64,000 bases of DNA. Origin: Nitrospirota bacterium (lineage in GTDB: Bacteria; Nitrospirota; UBA9217). Position 1 is the first letter of the stretch, and every line of letters begins with the position of its first letter. Positions 1 through 10,100 of this stretch are shown one piece after another. The translations under genes and the position numbers were made by a program. The notes below the pieces were generated by a model, which was not told the origin of the DNA, searched no databases, and worked only from the letters and a program-made list of their open reading frames with translations. The stretch is taken from positions 576,001-640,000 of the forward strand of contig CAWFSF010000006.1 of assembly GCA_963818475.1 (NCBI GenBank). The letters are read 5' to 3'.

Positions 1-159
1 AATGCTGCCGCAAGGCTGAACGGCCTGTCCTACAGCCGGTTCATCAACGGTCTTACCAAGTCGGGCATTGCCCTGGACAGGAAGATCCTTGCGGACATGG
101 CAGTGACAGATCCTGCCAGCTTTACCAAGCTGGTAGACTCCGTAAAAGTTGCATCATAG
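1..159 (+). CDS. rplT: 50S ribosomal protein L20, 3' end (partial)
   Basis: Frame 1 reads [52 protein letters not shown], the conserved L20 C-terminus. It is not in the ORF track. Confidence 0.95.
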   Translation, partial: NAAARLNGLSYSRFINGLTKSGIALDRKILADMAVTDPASFTKLVDSVKVAS

Positions 160-195
160 CCTGATCAGTACCAGTTGATCGGACAACGTATTGAC

Positions 196-223
196 GGCCC
201 CGGATGATCGGGGCCTTTTTTTA
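196..223 (+). terminator. Rho-independent terminator after rplT
   Basis: GGCCCCG-gatgat-CGGGGCC hairpin followed by a T7 run. Confidence 0.85.
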
Positions 224-348
224 TTTGGTCTCAGTCTGCTTCCTCTTCCGGGCCCGGCTGGTTTACCGGACGGCCTGGCAAGTTTCTGCCGATGTTCTTT
301 TTCATTGACTTATCAGCTCAATTCGGTTAAAAAAACAACAGGAATATT

Positions 349-2193
349 ATGATGATGACACGCGGCCGTTCATGTCTTGCGGCTTTTATGGCTAGCGCCA
401 TCTCGCTTTTATTTGCCGCCTACGCTTACCCGTCCTATAACACCGAGGCCGGGCATAAGTATGCTGTCGCCTCTCAACGCCGTGCCGACCTGAAAAAATC
501 CCCTAACAAAAAGAAGTATCGCTCCTATTGGATCGATTGCATACGGACCTTTGAGCTGGTAGAGAAGAACTATCCGAAAAGCCCGGATGCAGGCGATGCC
601 TGTCTGGACCGGGCGGAATTGTATCGTGAGCTCTTCAAGTTCAGCAATTATCCCCGCGACCTGAACTCCTCGCTGCGAACCTATGCCGGTTGCCAGTCTT
701 CCTATCCTCAGCACCAGAAAGCGCCTGAAGCGCTTTTTCAAGTGATCGACATCTCCCTTGCTCAGAAAAAAGACCGAGCCGCAGCGCTCAAGACGTATGA
801 GCAGCTGGCGCAGACCTACGCCGGAAGTCCCTGGACCGGCAAGGCCAGGGCGCGGCTTGGCCTTGCCGGCAAGGTCAGTAAAAAAGACACGGAACTTCGT
901 CCCATGCCGGTGCCTCGCATAGCTGCTCCGGGAGCTGCAAAGCGTGTCGGAGTAGTAACGAGCATCAGGCACAGGTCCGGTGGCGCTTATACCCGCATCG
1001 TGATCGATCAGACCGGTTCCGTGCGGTTTCAGGCCAGCGAACTCAAAAATCCCGACCGTCTGGTGTTCGACCTGGTCAATACCCGTATGGATATGGATGA
1101 TACCCTTAACTCTTACTCCCTCCCGGTGAACGACGGGATTCTGAAGCAGGTGCGGGCAAGCCAGCATGACCCTGATACGGTCCGCATCGTTCTTGACCTG
1201 GCGAGCCTTAAAAACTATGTAGCATTTCCGCTCCACAACCCTGAGCGCCTGGTGATCGATGTGACCGGCGAAAGCAGTGCAGCCGGTGCAGCCGGTTTCG
1301 GACAGCCCGAAACGACCACTACTGAGACCAACAGCCTGATACAGCAGACAGAACCATTACCGGGTGTACAACAGGAGCAGCCGAACCTTGCGGCCCCTGC
1401 CACGCGCCCCACGGATACGGCTCCGCGCCCCTCGCCGAACAGCAACGATGATATGAAACTGTCCCTGTCACGTCAACTCGGACTCAAGGTCAAGACTATC
1501 GCCATCGATGCAGGCCATGGCGGGCATGATCCGGGGGCCATGAGCAAAAATGGCCTCAAGGAAAAAACGATTACCCTCGATATTGCAAAGAGGCTCGCTG
1601 TCCTCGTGAAGGACCGGTTGGGGTGCGATGTGGTCATGACCCGTGACAAGGACGTGTTCATTCCGCTTGAAGATCGGCCGGCCATCGCCAAAACAAAAGG
1701 GGCTGACCTTTTTGTCTCCATCCACGTGAACGCGAACCGGAAGCGAAAGGCAAAAGGGGTCGAGACTTATATTCAGAGCCTCAGGGCCTCGGACCGCGAA
1801 GCCATGGTAACGGCCGCGCGCGAGAACGCCATGTCCACCAAAAATATGAGCGAACTCAAATCTGAGCTGGACAGGATATTTGCTGATCTGGCCAAGGATG
1901 ACAAGCTTGAAGAATCACTTCAGCTTGCCCATACGGTGCAGACCTCGCTGGTGGAGACCATGAAGCCAGTGCAGGGGCATGTGGTCAACCTGGGAGTGAA
2001 AAGAGCGTTCTTCTATGTGCTTATCAATACGGAGATGCCGAGCATCCTGGCGGAGGTGGGTTTCATCAGCAATCCTGATGAGGAAAAACTTCTTCGAACG
2101 GAGTCGTACCGACAGGCAATTGCCGAGGCGCTGTATCAAGGCGTGAGAAATTACGTTTCTGACCGGTCGCCCCAGATGATGGTGGGAATATGA
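349..2193 (+). CDS. N-acetylmuramoyl-L-alanine amidase (TPR-like N-terminus, AMIN domain, Amidase_3 domain)
   Basis: Signal-like N-terminus, AMIN motifs (NPDRLVFDL, NPERLVIDV) and Amidase_3 zinc motifs IDAGHGGHDPGA, EK, SIHVNA, LAEVGFISN. Confidence 0.92.
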   Translation: MMMTRGRSCLAAFMASAISLLFAAYAYPSYNTEAGHKYAVASQRRADLKKSPNKKKYRSYWIDCIRTFELVEKNYPKSPDAGDACLDRAELYRELFKFSNYPRDLNSSLRTYAGCQSSYPQHQKAPEALFQVIDISLAQKKDRAAALKTYEQLAQTYAGSPWTGKARARLGLAGKVSKKDTELRPMPVPRIAAPGAAKRVGVVTSIRHRSGGAYTRIVIDQTGSVRFQASELKNPDRLVFDLVNTRMDMDDTLNSYSLPVNDGILKQVRASQHDPDTVRIVLDLASLKNYVAFPLHNPERLVIDVTGESSAAGAAGFGQPETTTTETNSLIQQTEPLPGVQQEQPNLAAPATRPTDTAPRPSPNSNDDMKLSLSRQLGLKVKTIAIDAGHGGHDPGAMSKNGLKEKTITLDIAKRLAVLVKDRLGCDVVMTRDKDVFIPLEDRPAIAKTKGADLFVSIHVNANRKRKAKGVETYIQSLRASDREAMVTAARENAMSTKNMSELKSELDRIFADLAKDDKLEESLQLAHTVQTSLVETMKPVQGHVVNLGVKRAFFYVLINTEMPSILAEVGFISNPDEEKLLRTESYRQAIAEALYQGVRNYVSDRSPQMMVGI

Positions 2194-2227
2194 TTTCAAA
2201 TGCGGATTGGGAATGAAAACAGAACGT

Positions 2228-2312
2228 CCTGAACCCTGAACCCTGAACCTGCTGAACCCTGAACCCTGAACCCTGAACCCTGAACCCTGAACCCTGAACC
2301 CTGAACCCTGAA
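2228..2312. repeat. Heptamer tandem array (CCCTGAA)n, about 12 units
   Basis: Eight perfect consecutive units at 2257-2312, preceded by two perfect, one partial and one variant unit. It lies between the convergent amidase and prfB stop codons. Confidence 0.97.
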
Positions 2313-2313
2313 C

Positions 2314-3424
2314 CTATCCCTTCACCCCGCTGCTTGCAATCAAGAAGGCTTCGATGTACTGGTCGATATCGCCGTCCATGACGGCCGTGACGTTCCCGGA
2401 CTCAGCGCCGGTGCGGTGGTCCTTCACCATCTGGTAGGGCTGGAACACGTAGGACCGGATCTGGCTTCCCCAGGCAATATCCTTCTTTTCGCTCATGAGC
2501 TTTTCGACCTTCTCGTCCAGCTCTTTTTTCCGCACCTCATACAACCGCGACCGCAGCACCTTCATGGCTACGTTCTTGTTCTTGAGCTGAGAACGCTCGT
2601 TCTGGCACTGGACCACGATGTTGGTCGGCAGATGGGTGATGCGCACGGCAGAATCGGTCTTGTTCACATGCTGGCCGCCGGCGCTCGATGCGCGGTAGGT
2701 GTCGATGCGCAGGTCCTTCTCGTCGATGGTGATGTCGACGTCCTCCTCGACCTCGGGGTAGACGTGGACCGACGCGAAAGAGGTGTGCCGTCGTTTGTTG
2801 GCGTCAAAAGGGGATATGCGGACGAGGCGGTGAACGCCGGCCTCCGCCTTCATTCTGCCGTATGCGTAGTCGCCGAGGACCATGAACGTGACGGACTTGA
2901 CGCCCGCTTCGTCGCCGTTCTGATAGTCGAGGATCTCGGTCCCGTACCCGCGTTTCTCGGCCCAGCGCAGATACATGCGCATCAGCATCTCGGCCCAGTC
3001 CTGGGCCTCGGTGCCGCCCGCGCCGGGATGGATCGAGACGATGGCGTTTGACAGGTCCCGCTCACCCGACAGCAAGGCAGCCACTTCTGCTGTTGCGAGG
3101 TCCTTCTGCATGCCCACGATCTCGCGTTCCAGATCAGCGAGCAGGGCCTGACCGCCTTCTTCGGAGACCAGTTCGGCCATGGCCTCAAGATCGTTTACCC
3201 GCCGGGCAAACGTTCCCCAGTCCTTGAGCGCCCGCTCGATCGCTGCTTTTTCCTTCAAAACGACATTTGCTTTGTCGGAGTTGTTCCAGAAACCGGAGGT
3301 TTCGGTAAGGCTGGTGAGTTCGGCTAAGCGCGCTTCCTTGGCAGGGGTGTCAAAGATGCCTCCGCAGGGTCTCGACCCTGCCGTTTATTTTGTCCAATTC
3401 CTGCTTAGCGTCTTCTAAAAGCAT
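2314..3424 (-). CDS. prfB: Peptide chain release factor 2 with programmed +1 frameshift (~369 aa)
   Basis: SPF and GGQ motifs. The minus strand reads ATG(3424) [24 protein letters not shown], then CTT TGA C, and continues in the +1 frame as DTPAKE...GFWNNSDKA into the ORF-track protein. Confidence 0.97.
3349..3363 (-). promoter_or_regulatory. RF2 frameshift site: internal SD GGAGG plus CTT-TGA-C
   Basis: The minus strand reads GGAGGCATCTTTGAC, the canonical prfB autoregulatory shift cassette. Confidence 0.95.
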
Positions 3425-3461
3425 GCCGTTCTCCTGCCAGTGCGGTTAAAAACTGAAGCGG

Positions 3462-3490
3462 ATTATACCATAGCCCGCAGCAACAAGCAA
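3462..3490 (-). promoter_or_regulatory. sigma70-type promoter of prfB
   Basis: Minus strand TTGCTT-17 nt-TATAAT with an extended -10 TG. Confidence 0.6.
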
Positions 3491-3640
3491 AGTTAAAGAT
3501 ACCATTTGGGTTTAAACCTGATGCATTAATGAGCTTCATTTACACCGGAATCATGTAGCCCTGGGTATAGTGAATGGAGATGCTCTTTTATTGAGGGATA
3601 GTGTTATTCTTTTACTCTTTGCAGCTCAAAAAAAAATACG

Positions 3641-3666
3641 GTCACCTGTCAGTTTTGACAGGTGAC
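3641..3666. promoter_or_regulatory. Perfect inverted repeat, candidate operator
   Basis: GTCACCTGTCA-GTTT-TGACAGGTGAC in the AT-rich divergent intergenic region. Confidence 0.5.
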
Positions 3667-3997
3667 ATGCGAGACGACTTAATAGTATACTGCCGGCACT
3701 TAAAATGGAATACTGATACAAAGTTATTCAAATGCTTTATTGGTGTTTGAAACGAAGAGTTTGTTAAATAAAAATAACCAAAAGATGATAATGGGAATGA
3801 ACTCTTATCTTAAGCGCCAACTGTTTTGACTATTTCGACTGCGCAAGCAAAATTTGTATCGCTGGAAGTCACATAATGCAACTTTCCGTCTATACCCTTA
3901 AAAGGGCCCGACATCAACTCTGGCCGCTGATAGCAATGCGATTATCATCGCCTTAACATTTTTTATAGTTCATGCCATGTAAAATTAGAATTTTAGG

Positions 3998-4025
3998 TTG
4001 AAAAACATTTTAAGTATGCTATAGT
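3998..4025 (+). promoter_or_regulatory. sigma70-type promoter upstream of the giant-protein locus
   Basis: TTGAAA-16 nt-TATAGT with an extended -10 TG. Confidence 0.5.
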
Positions 4026-4125
4026 CACGCACTTTCATTTACAAATGATCACCATTACTAGAAGCATACCTGTCTGCTGCGAAAAGAAATCGGGCGAATC
4101 GTTTTATTATTGCTGAAAGGATCGA

Positions 4126-7100
4126 ATGACTTTGAGCGTACTTCACATAATCGGGCGTTCCCTGCGAAGTAAAAGACCAGGTACTACGATCATCATCGGT
4201 CTACTTTGTTCGCTGTTGTTCCTCTCCTCCCTGTCCTATGCTCTTATCGATCAAACCCTTTTCGGTCCCAAGCGCTACGATCGTCTCAAGGGCAAACCCA
4301 CGGTTTACACCGACACCTTCAAAGGCTGCAAGAACGGTCAGGCCGTCATCCGCATAACGAACGGCGACAGCAAGGACACGAGGATCACGGCGGCTGAGAT
4401 ATCCGTCAATAACCACCTTATTGCATGGGACAAGGATTTCAAGAAGCAAACCCCTTACTTCGAGAGAGTCGTTACCCTCGGGGACATCAATACTCTTACC
4501 GTAAAACTTAAAAGCGGCCGACACGAAGGATTCGATAAGCAGAACAACAATCATAAAAGCGACCTTAAAAAAGCATCCGCTTCCCGGGGCCATGAAAAAG
4601 TAGATGACCATGATCATCAGAGCGCTTCTTTCCTGATCATCGAGGTTCTCGGCAGGGGCTGCGGCGGAACTTCCGACAGCATTGCTCCGATCATATCGCA
4701 CCCTCAGCCCGCGGACGGAACGCTTCTGAACGGTACCGTTCCAGCCATTTCCGTAGAATACGCTGATGACCCGAACGGTTCGGGAATCGATATCGCCTCG
4801 GCCCGGCTCGCGATCGACAACGGAGATGTGACCGCGTCATCAGTAGTCACGCTCACGGGCATCAGTTACACGCCCTCGTCCAACCTGCCCGAAGGATTCC
4901 ATACGGCGACCGTCACCGTGTCGGACCTGTCGAAGAATCCCGCGAGCCTGACCTGGCACTTCACGACTGACACCGTGGCACCCGTTGCCACGATCACTTC
5001 CCATAAGAACAACCAGTACCTCAACACCCCGACGATCAGCATTTCCGGCAGCGTAGATGATCCCACCGCAACCGTGACCGTGAACAACACGAATGCCTCG
5101 GTCTCGGGAAACACATTCACGCTGTCTAATCTTGCATTGTCCGAAGGACAGAACACGATCACGGCAGTGGCCAAAGACACTGCGGGCAACAGCGGCAAGG
5201 ACAGCATCACGATCAATCTCGATAGCATTGCACCCGCCCCCCCGGTAATAACCCAGCCTGGTACTCCCACGAACGGCGGAAGCATTACCCTTAACGGTGC
5301 TGCCGAAGCCCTGTCGATTGTCAAGATCTACGCCGGGCAAGGCGGTGCTGCTCTTGTCGGAACGGTAGCAGCCGATGCCCAGGGAATGTTCACCCTGAGT
5401 AGCGTCACCCTCGCCGAGGGCGACAATGCTTTTATTGCCACGGCAACGGATGCAACAGGGAATACCGGCAACCCCTCCACGCAGGTCTCGGTCATGCTCG
5501 ACACCGCGGTCCCGATCGTAACCATAACAGCGCCCCAGGCCGATGCCTGGTTCAAGACGCCGGCCGTAACGGTCACGGGCACGGTCAATGAAACTGTTAC
5601 AACGATCACGGTTAACGGGATGCCTGCAACGATCACGGGAGCCGGCTTCAGCCTCGCCGGGGTCCAGCTCGCGGAAGGGCAGAACACCATCGCCGTCGTT
5701 GCAACCGACCTTGCCAATAACCCCGGCGCGGGCAGCGTTCCGGTAATGCTCGACACCATTGCTCCGGTAATTACCATCACGGCGCCGGTAAATGGTTCCT
5801 ACGTAAACACGCCTAAGATCACGGTCGCGGGCAGCATCATTGAACTCAATCCCCTGGAAGTCCGGGTCAATGGTACCCAGATCCCAATTCCGAACGGAGA
5901 TTTCAGCCTTCCGGACATTGCGCTTGCAGAAGGGTTGAACACTATCACCGTTAGCGCAAAGGACAAGGCCGGGAACGAGTCAACGACGTCGGTCACCCTT
6001 ACCCTCGACACCATCGTGCCCCAGATCACGATATCCTCTCCTGCACCGGGGTTGCTCACCCGTACCGCGCAGATCGCGGTCTCCGGTACGGTAAGCGAGG
6101 CCGGCACGGAGGTCACGGTAAACACCACCGCGGCGCTCGTGAGCGGCCAGACGTATAGTGTATTGTATACGCTCAGCGAGGAGCAGAACTCCCTTGTCGC
6201 AAGCGCGACAGACCGCGCCGGGAACACCGGCACAGCAAGCATCACCGTAACGCTCGACAGCACGCCGCCGTCGCCGCCGGTCATCACACCCCTTGCCACG
6301 CCTTCACCCACGCCGATCGTCGTGGTGAACGGCACGTCCGAGCCCGCTTCCACGGTGCACATATACATGACAACGGGCCAGACCACGGCCGTTCTTGCCG
6401 GCACGGTTACTGCAGACGCACAAGGGAGCTTTAGCCTCGCAGACGTAACGCTTGCCGAAGGGATCACCACCTTTACCGCAACTGCCACGGACTCCTTGGG
6501 CAACACCAGCGACACGTCTGCCCCGGTCTCCGTCGAAAAAGACACAACTCCCCCGGTCATCACGGTCGCGAGCCCGTCCAACAATTCCTACACGAGCATC
6601 GCGATAGTCCCGGTCAATGGTTCTCTGGACGACGCAACAGCGAAGCTCATGATCAAGGGGGCAGAGGTCCCGCTCGATGGCATGAACTTCGAGACAACCG
6701 TGACGATTACCGAAGGACTGAACAGTATTTTGTTTACTGCCGAAGATCCGTCGGCGAACACGTCAAGCAAAACACTATTCATTACCCTCGACACCGTGGT
6801 CCCCGCAGTTACGATTACGTCGCCGTTGAACAACGCCCTCGTAACTTCTTCGCAGGTGTCTGTTGGCGGAACGGTGAACGAAGCCGTCACTTCCGTGAGT
6901 GTCAACGGGACCAGTGCGCTGGTTTCGGGCTCGAGCTACAGCCTCTCCACCTACACCCTTTCTGAAGGACAAAACACGATCACGGTGGAGGCGGTCGACC
7001 GGGCAGGGAACAAGGGAACCGCGAGCGTGAACGTTACGCTCGACAGCATTGTCCCGACGGTGAGTCTCTCTGCCCCGGCCCAGGCCGCGGCAGGAGCTAA

Positions 7101-10100
7101 CGTCACGCTCTCGCTGGGCGCGTCGGACGCAGGCGGCCTTAAACTCGCGGAAGTGACCGTGAACAGCGCCTCGCTCTGGTCGTACACGCTGAACTCCGAA
7201 TTCAACACATCGAACTCGATTTCTTTCACTCTCTCCCCGGACCTTGCATCAGGCAGCGTGGTGAACCTTCAGGCACGCGCATACGATACAGCCGGGAACA
7301 TCGGCACGACGACTGCCCAGATACAGGTCAATCAGGGGCCGACCGGACCTGGATACATCCAGGGCGAGGTGTACGACGACAGTAAGGGCTTACGACTTTC
7401 AGGGGCAAAGATCTCTATTTATCCTGTGAGTTCGGCGACCTCTGCGGCGGAACTATCGACCCAGGATGACGGAGGATATTTCACCGAAGCTCCCAAAGGC
7501 GATTATCTCATCACCCTGTCAAAAGCGGGTTTTACTCCTGTTGAGCGCATCGTGAGCGTAACGCCCGAGAAGAAATCCATTGCAGTAGACGCGAGACTCA
7601 CACCGGTGAATGCTGCGCAGCACCTGGTCGACAGCGCTGGTGGAAAAATATCAGCCGCCCTCACACTGTCCTCTGCGCCAACGAACAGCAGCTCCCTCGA
7701 ACTTACGATAGCGGCCGGCGCGTTCACTAATCAGGTTGACCTGCGGGTGACTGCCGTGAGCAACCAGGGACTCATGGGATTATTGCCGATTGGCTGGTCG
7801 CCGATCGGAGTTATTGACATTCGTTCTTTTACCGCAGAGGGCGCGGAGATCACCGGGGGAACGTCATTTGGAGCGCAGGGAGCGGCATTGAGAGTGCCGA
7901 CAGTCTCAGGGATAACCCTCGCGCCGTCTTCAGCGATCACGTTCGTTATATATGACATATCAACGCATCAGTGGATCGTGCAGGCTTCAGGCACGGCAAG
8001 CGCGGACGGGTTGTTCATCAGCGCCCCGATCGGATCAACCGGCCAGTATGCATTGGTCTTGCCGGACTCAAACGCCGCTGCAATCCCGGGTTCTCCGCTT
8101 TCACCGCTCAGTTCCACATCCAGTACTCTGAGCTCGACGCCTACGGGAACAGGCAGTGTTGTTCCTGCCGCAGCGCCGCCATCCATCGGTCTCAAGGCAA
8201 TGGGTGAACTGGTTTTATCGCCTGACGCGTCAGCCGGCACGCCTGACGCTTATCTCACCTCCGGCATGATCGTGAACGCCACGGTGACCGAGCGCTTCGA
8301 CCTGTTCTCCGGCGATGCCGTGGCGCCCTCTGATTACGTGCAGGACCTTGTTCTGTACAGACAGCCGTGCATTACGAATTTCAATCCGAATTCCGAATTC
8401 AGCATTCCGAATTCCAGCGATGTGGGTTCCACGTTCCCCGTAACCCCTTCGCGCGAATACACCATCGTGGACCTGCTGATGGGCAAAGTCGGCATCTCCG
8501 TCACGCTGCCCGAGCCCGACGCGAGCGGCACGCTTGTCGGTGTTGACGGCGGCCGCATCCTCGACGCGGACGGGAACGTTATCGCGGTCCCGGCAGGTGC
8601 GCTCGCCCAGACCGTGCCGATCCAGACCAAGACCGTGCCTGCGTCGACGCTGACCGGGATCGTGGGACCGGATTTCAATCTCCTCCGGGCCATTGATGTG
8701 AACCTGACGGGCCAGACGCTCGCTTCCTCAGCAGAGCTTTCGATCCCCCTGCCCGTCGGCTTCAACGCAAACCTGCCGGTCGTCATTGCCAAGGCCATCG
8801 ACGTACGCGGCGCGCAGAAATTGAAGCTCGTGGCCATTGCGCGGTTATCAGGGTCCCTGATAACCTCCGGTTTAAACGGTGTAAGCGGTTTAAACGGAAT
8901 CTTGACCTCCGGTCAATACTTCTTCCTTCAGGCCAAAGCTCCCCTCGGGTTCGTGAAGGGGACCGTGACCGCGCTCTCGGGAGCGCCCGCCTCATCAGCT
9001 CTCGCAACCATCAGCACCTGCTCGCTTGTCGACCTGACCAATGCGACAGGAAGTTATCTGGTCGCTTCCACGGTAGCTCCATTCAATGTCGCGGCAACGG
9101 ACATTTACAAGAACGACGCGGGTACCGGGGGTGGCGTGATCCTCACGGCGAACCAAACCATTACCGTTGACATTTCGATCATGGTTACGCCGCCGAACGT
9201 GACATCACTCACACCCGGCGACAACGCCGTCAATGTAGAGCCGAATGCAGCCATCGTGATCACCTTCAGCGAGCCCGTGGACAAGGCAACTTTTACAGCT
9301 GCGAATATCACATTGAAAGACAGTGCGGGCACCGTGGTTGACGGAATATTCTCCGTGAACCCCGAAAGCACTGTCGTAACTCTCTATCCCTCGACCCTCC
9401 TCACGTCCGAGGCGCGGTATACGCTGGCCGTCTCGCGGAACATCAAAGACCTTCAGGGCTATACCATGACCGGGGATGTGAACGCCGCCTTCACTACCAG
9501 GGACACCACCCCGCCGCCCATGCCAGCAGCAGGCAGCATCACCGCGACGTTCCCCGATGCCGATGGTTACGTGACGATCACGGCGACCCAGGGTTCTGCC
9601 GAGGTGAGCGGCACGGTGTTGATCATCAATGACAATACCGGAGAGATCGTTGCCATAACACCGAATTCAAATGGTTCCTTTACCGGGAAGATCATGGCCC
9701 AGCTGGGAGACGACATCAAGCTCGTGTCCATGGACGCTGCCGGAAACCAGACCCTCATCTCCTATATAGCAATGAAGAGTCCTGACGGCAAATACCTTGT
9801 TTCCGCAAAAGGCGGCATCGTCGAAGGCGAGGGCGGCACCAAACTCATCATTCCCGAAGGGGCGCTCGACGGCCCCACGGTCATCAAGATCACGCCGGTG
9901 ACCGAGGACCAGCTTCCGCAGCCCGTACCCGAGAACGCCGGGTTCCTGGCTGCGGTAAACATCGACGCCGGAGGAGCAACGTTCAAGAAACCGGTGAAGT
10001 TGTCCGTTCCCGCGCCAACGAGGATCGCGGATATCCCGGCAGGCAGTATGCCTTTTGTGAGCCAGCCCTCTGAGCTGGTGAATGCCGACGGCACGATAGA

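Noticed and set aside
2228-2312. CRISPR array or true telomere
   Set aside because: Contiguous 7-mers without spacers, no cas genes, and flanked by ordinary bacterial genes.
3349-3363. prfB frameshift as a novelty or sequencing error
   Set aside because: It is the well-known programmed RF2 autoregulatory shift.
3430-4125. c-di-GMP riboswitch or small gene upstream of the giant locus
   Set aside because: No GEMM-type consensus or credible ORF recognised by eye.
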